Assembly (NCBI GenBank): GCA_016704275.1
Contig: JADJAK010000003.1
Location: 42,122-106,121 of the forward strand
Source of the DNA: Gemmatimonadota bacterium
GTDB taxonomy: Bacteria; Gemmatimonadota; Gemmatimonadetes; Gemmatimonadales; GWC2-71-9
Direction: 5' to 3'
Length of the DNA: 64,000 nucleotides
Under the pieces are notes generated by a model. That model was given only the letters and a program-made list of their open reading frames with translations, was not told the DNA's origin and searched no databases. The position numbers and the translations under genes are program-made. Position 1 is the stretch's first letter. Each line of letters begins with the position of its first letter. This document shows, piece after piece, positions 63,174-64,000 of the stretch.

Positions 63174-63577
63174 CAGCACCGGTGCTCGACCTCGCCGCGC
63201 TGCAGGCGGCCGGTGCGGCGCTCGGCGCGTCGCTGCCGAGCGGGAGCGTGGTCTGGCTCGAAGGAGAACTCGGTAGCGGCAAGACCACACTCACCCGCGC
63301 GATCCTCGAGGGCCGCGGCGTCACCACGCCGGGCGCCTCGCCTACGTACGCGCTGGTCCATCATCACGAGGGACCGCACGGCTCGGTGTATCATCTGGAC
63401 TGCTATCGACTGCGCCACCCCGATCAGGCGGCCGACCTCGACTGGGAATCGCTCGCCACGGCCGACCTGCTGCTGATCGAATGGCCCGAGCGGGCGGGCG
63501 CCTGGGCGCCGCCGCCGACGCATCGCATCCACCTCGCGCATGTGGATGAGGACACGCGCTCCCTGGAGGTCATCTGA
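63170..63577 (+). CDS. tsaE: tRNA t6A37 biosynthesis ATPase TsaE (YjeE)
   Basis: Contains the [16 protein letters not shown]-loop and [10 protein letters not shown]...HLDCYRL. Confidence 0.85.
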   Translation: MTAPVLDLAALQAAGAALGASLPSGSVVWLEGELGSGKTTLTRAILEGRGVTTPGASPTYALVHHHEGPHGSVYHLDCYRLRHPDQAADLDWESLATADLLLIEWPERAGAWAPPPTHRIHLAHVDEDTRSLEVI

Positions 63578-64000
63578 TCACCCTCGCGCTGGATACTGCG
63601 ACGGACCGCTGCACTGTCGCCGCGACCGACGAGACTCGCGTGGTCGAGCGGCATATCGACGGCGCACGGCAGCATGCGCGGTCGGTGCTCGGACTGATCG
63701 ATGAACTGCTCGCCGAGCTGGGTGTGGCGCCGCGGGACATCGACCGGATCCTGACCGCCGACGGGCCGGGGTCGTTCACTGGATTGCGCGTCGCGGCCTC
63801 CGTGGCGAAAGGAATCGCCTGGGCAGGGCAGGTCGAGTGGCACACCGCGCCCTCGCTGCTGGTGCGCGCGGCGGCCCATGCGCCTGCGAACGGTGGCGTG
63901 GTGCTGGCCCTGAGCGATGCCCTGCGTGGTGATCTCTACGCGGGTTGCTGGCGGTTTGCCGAAGGGCGCGTCGAGCGCGTGGGCGATCCACCGCGCGCGC
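63574..64000 (+). CDS. tsaB: tRNA t6A37 biosynthesis protein TsaB (YeaZ); 3' end outside the window; probable CTG start
   Basis: [17 protein letters not shown] ... DGPGSFTGLRVAASVAKG. An in-frame TGA at 63547-63549 leaves no ATG, GTG or TTG upstream of the conserved N-terminus. CTG 63574 forms a CTGA overlap with the tsaE stop. Confidence 0.75.
   Translation, partial: MITLALDTATDRCTVAATDETRVVERHIDGARQHARSVLGLIDELLAELGVAPRDIDRILTADGPGSFTGLRVAASVAKGIAWAGQVEWHTAPSLLVRAAAHAPANGGVVLALSDALRGDLYAGCWRFAEGRVERVGDPPRA

Overview
A 64-kb, very GC-rich (about 70% by eye) chromosomal segment from a Gram-negative-type bacterium. BamD, Wbp-type nucleotide-sugar genes, an ECF-sigma/Ser-Thr-kinase pair, GWxTPRF-like and 6-bladed-propeller secreted proteins suggest a Gemmatimonadota/Acidobacteriota-like lineage; this is inference only. 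The window is densely packed, mostly housekeeping DNA. Many genes are coupled by 1-8 nt start/stop overlaps (ATGA, GTGA, one CTGA). Gene content in order: a PiT phosphate transporter fragment; a 2-oxoacid dehydrogenase E1alpha/E1beta/E2 operon; a PHP-SDR-unknown operon; trxB; an MBL hydrolase; aspA; an MFS transporter; a membrane LuxR regulator; an Rrf2 regulator with MoeB-rhodanese; tRNA-Leu(CAG); smpB; an amidase; pyrD and pyrF; rpmJ-rpsM-rpsK-rpsD-rpoA-rplQ; rpmB; gmd plus a reductase; carB; murB; an ECF sigma with Ser/Thr kinase-TPR; an OmpR/HK two-component pair; a WbpD-E-B-A plus ugd plus uxs sugar-precursor cluster; bamD; nadD; secA; three secreted proteins of unknown function; an orphan RHH gene; radC; relA/spoT; a Tat metallophosphoesterase; an EVE-domain gene; uvrB; tsaE; and a tsaB fragment. 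I saw no CRISPR array, transposase, integrase, prophage or recognisable defence operon. The most unusual signal is non-coding. Seven loci carry inverted arrays of 7-nt tandem repeats, which I call heptamer-zipper hairpins, and three of them enclose a GTCATCCTGAGCG...CGCTCAGGATGAC palindromic core. All sit on CDS 3' ends, and every heptamer type contains a stop triplet. Other points worth checking are an apparent 1-nt frameshift inside the E2 gene next to a perfect 3 x 15-bp repeat, a 20-bp perfect AT-centred palindrome between two divergent genes, and a probable CTG-initiated tsaB. All calls come from reading the ORF translations and the sequence by eye. No database search was run.
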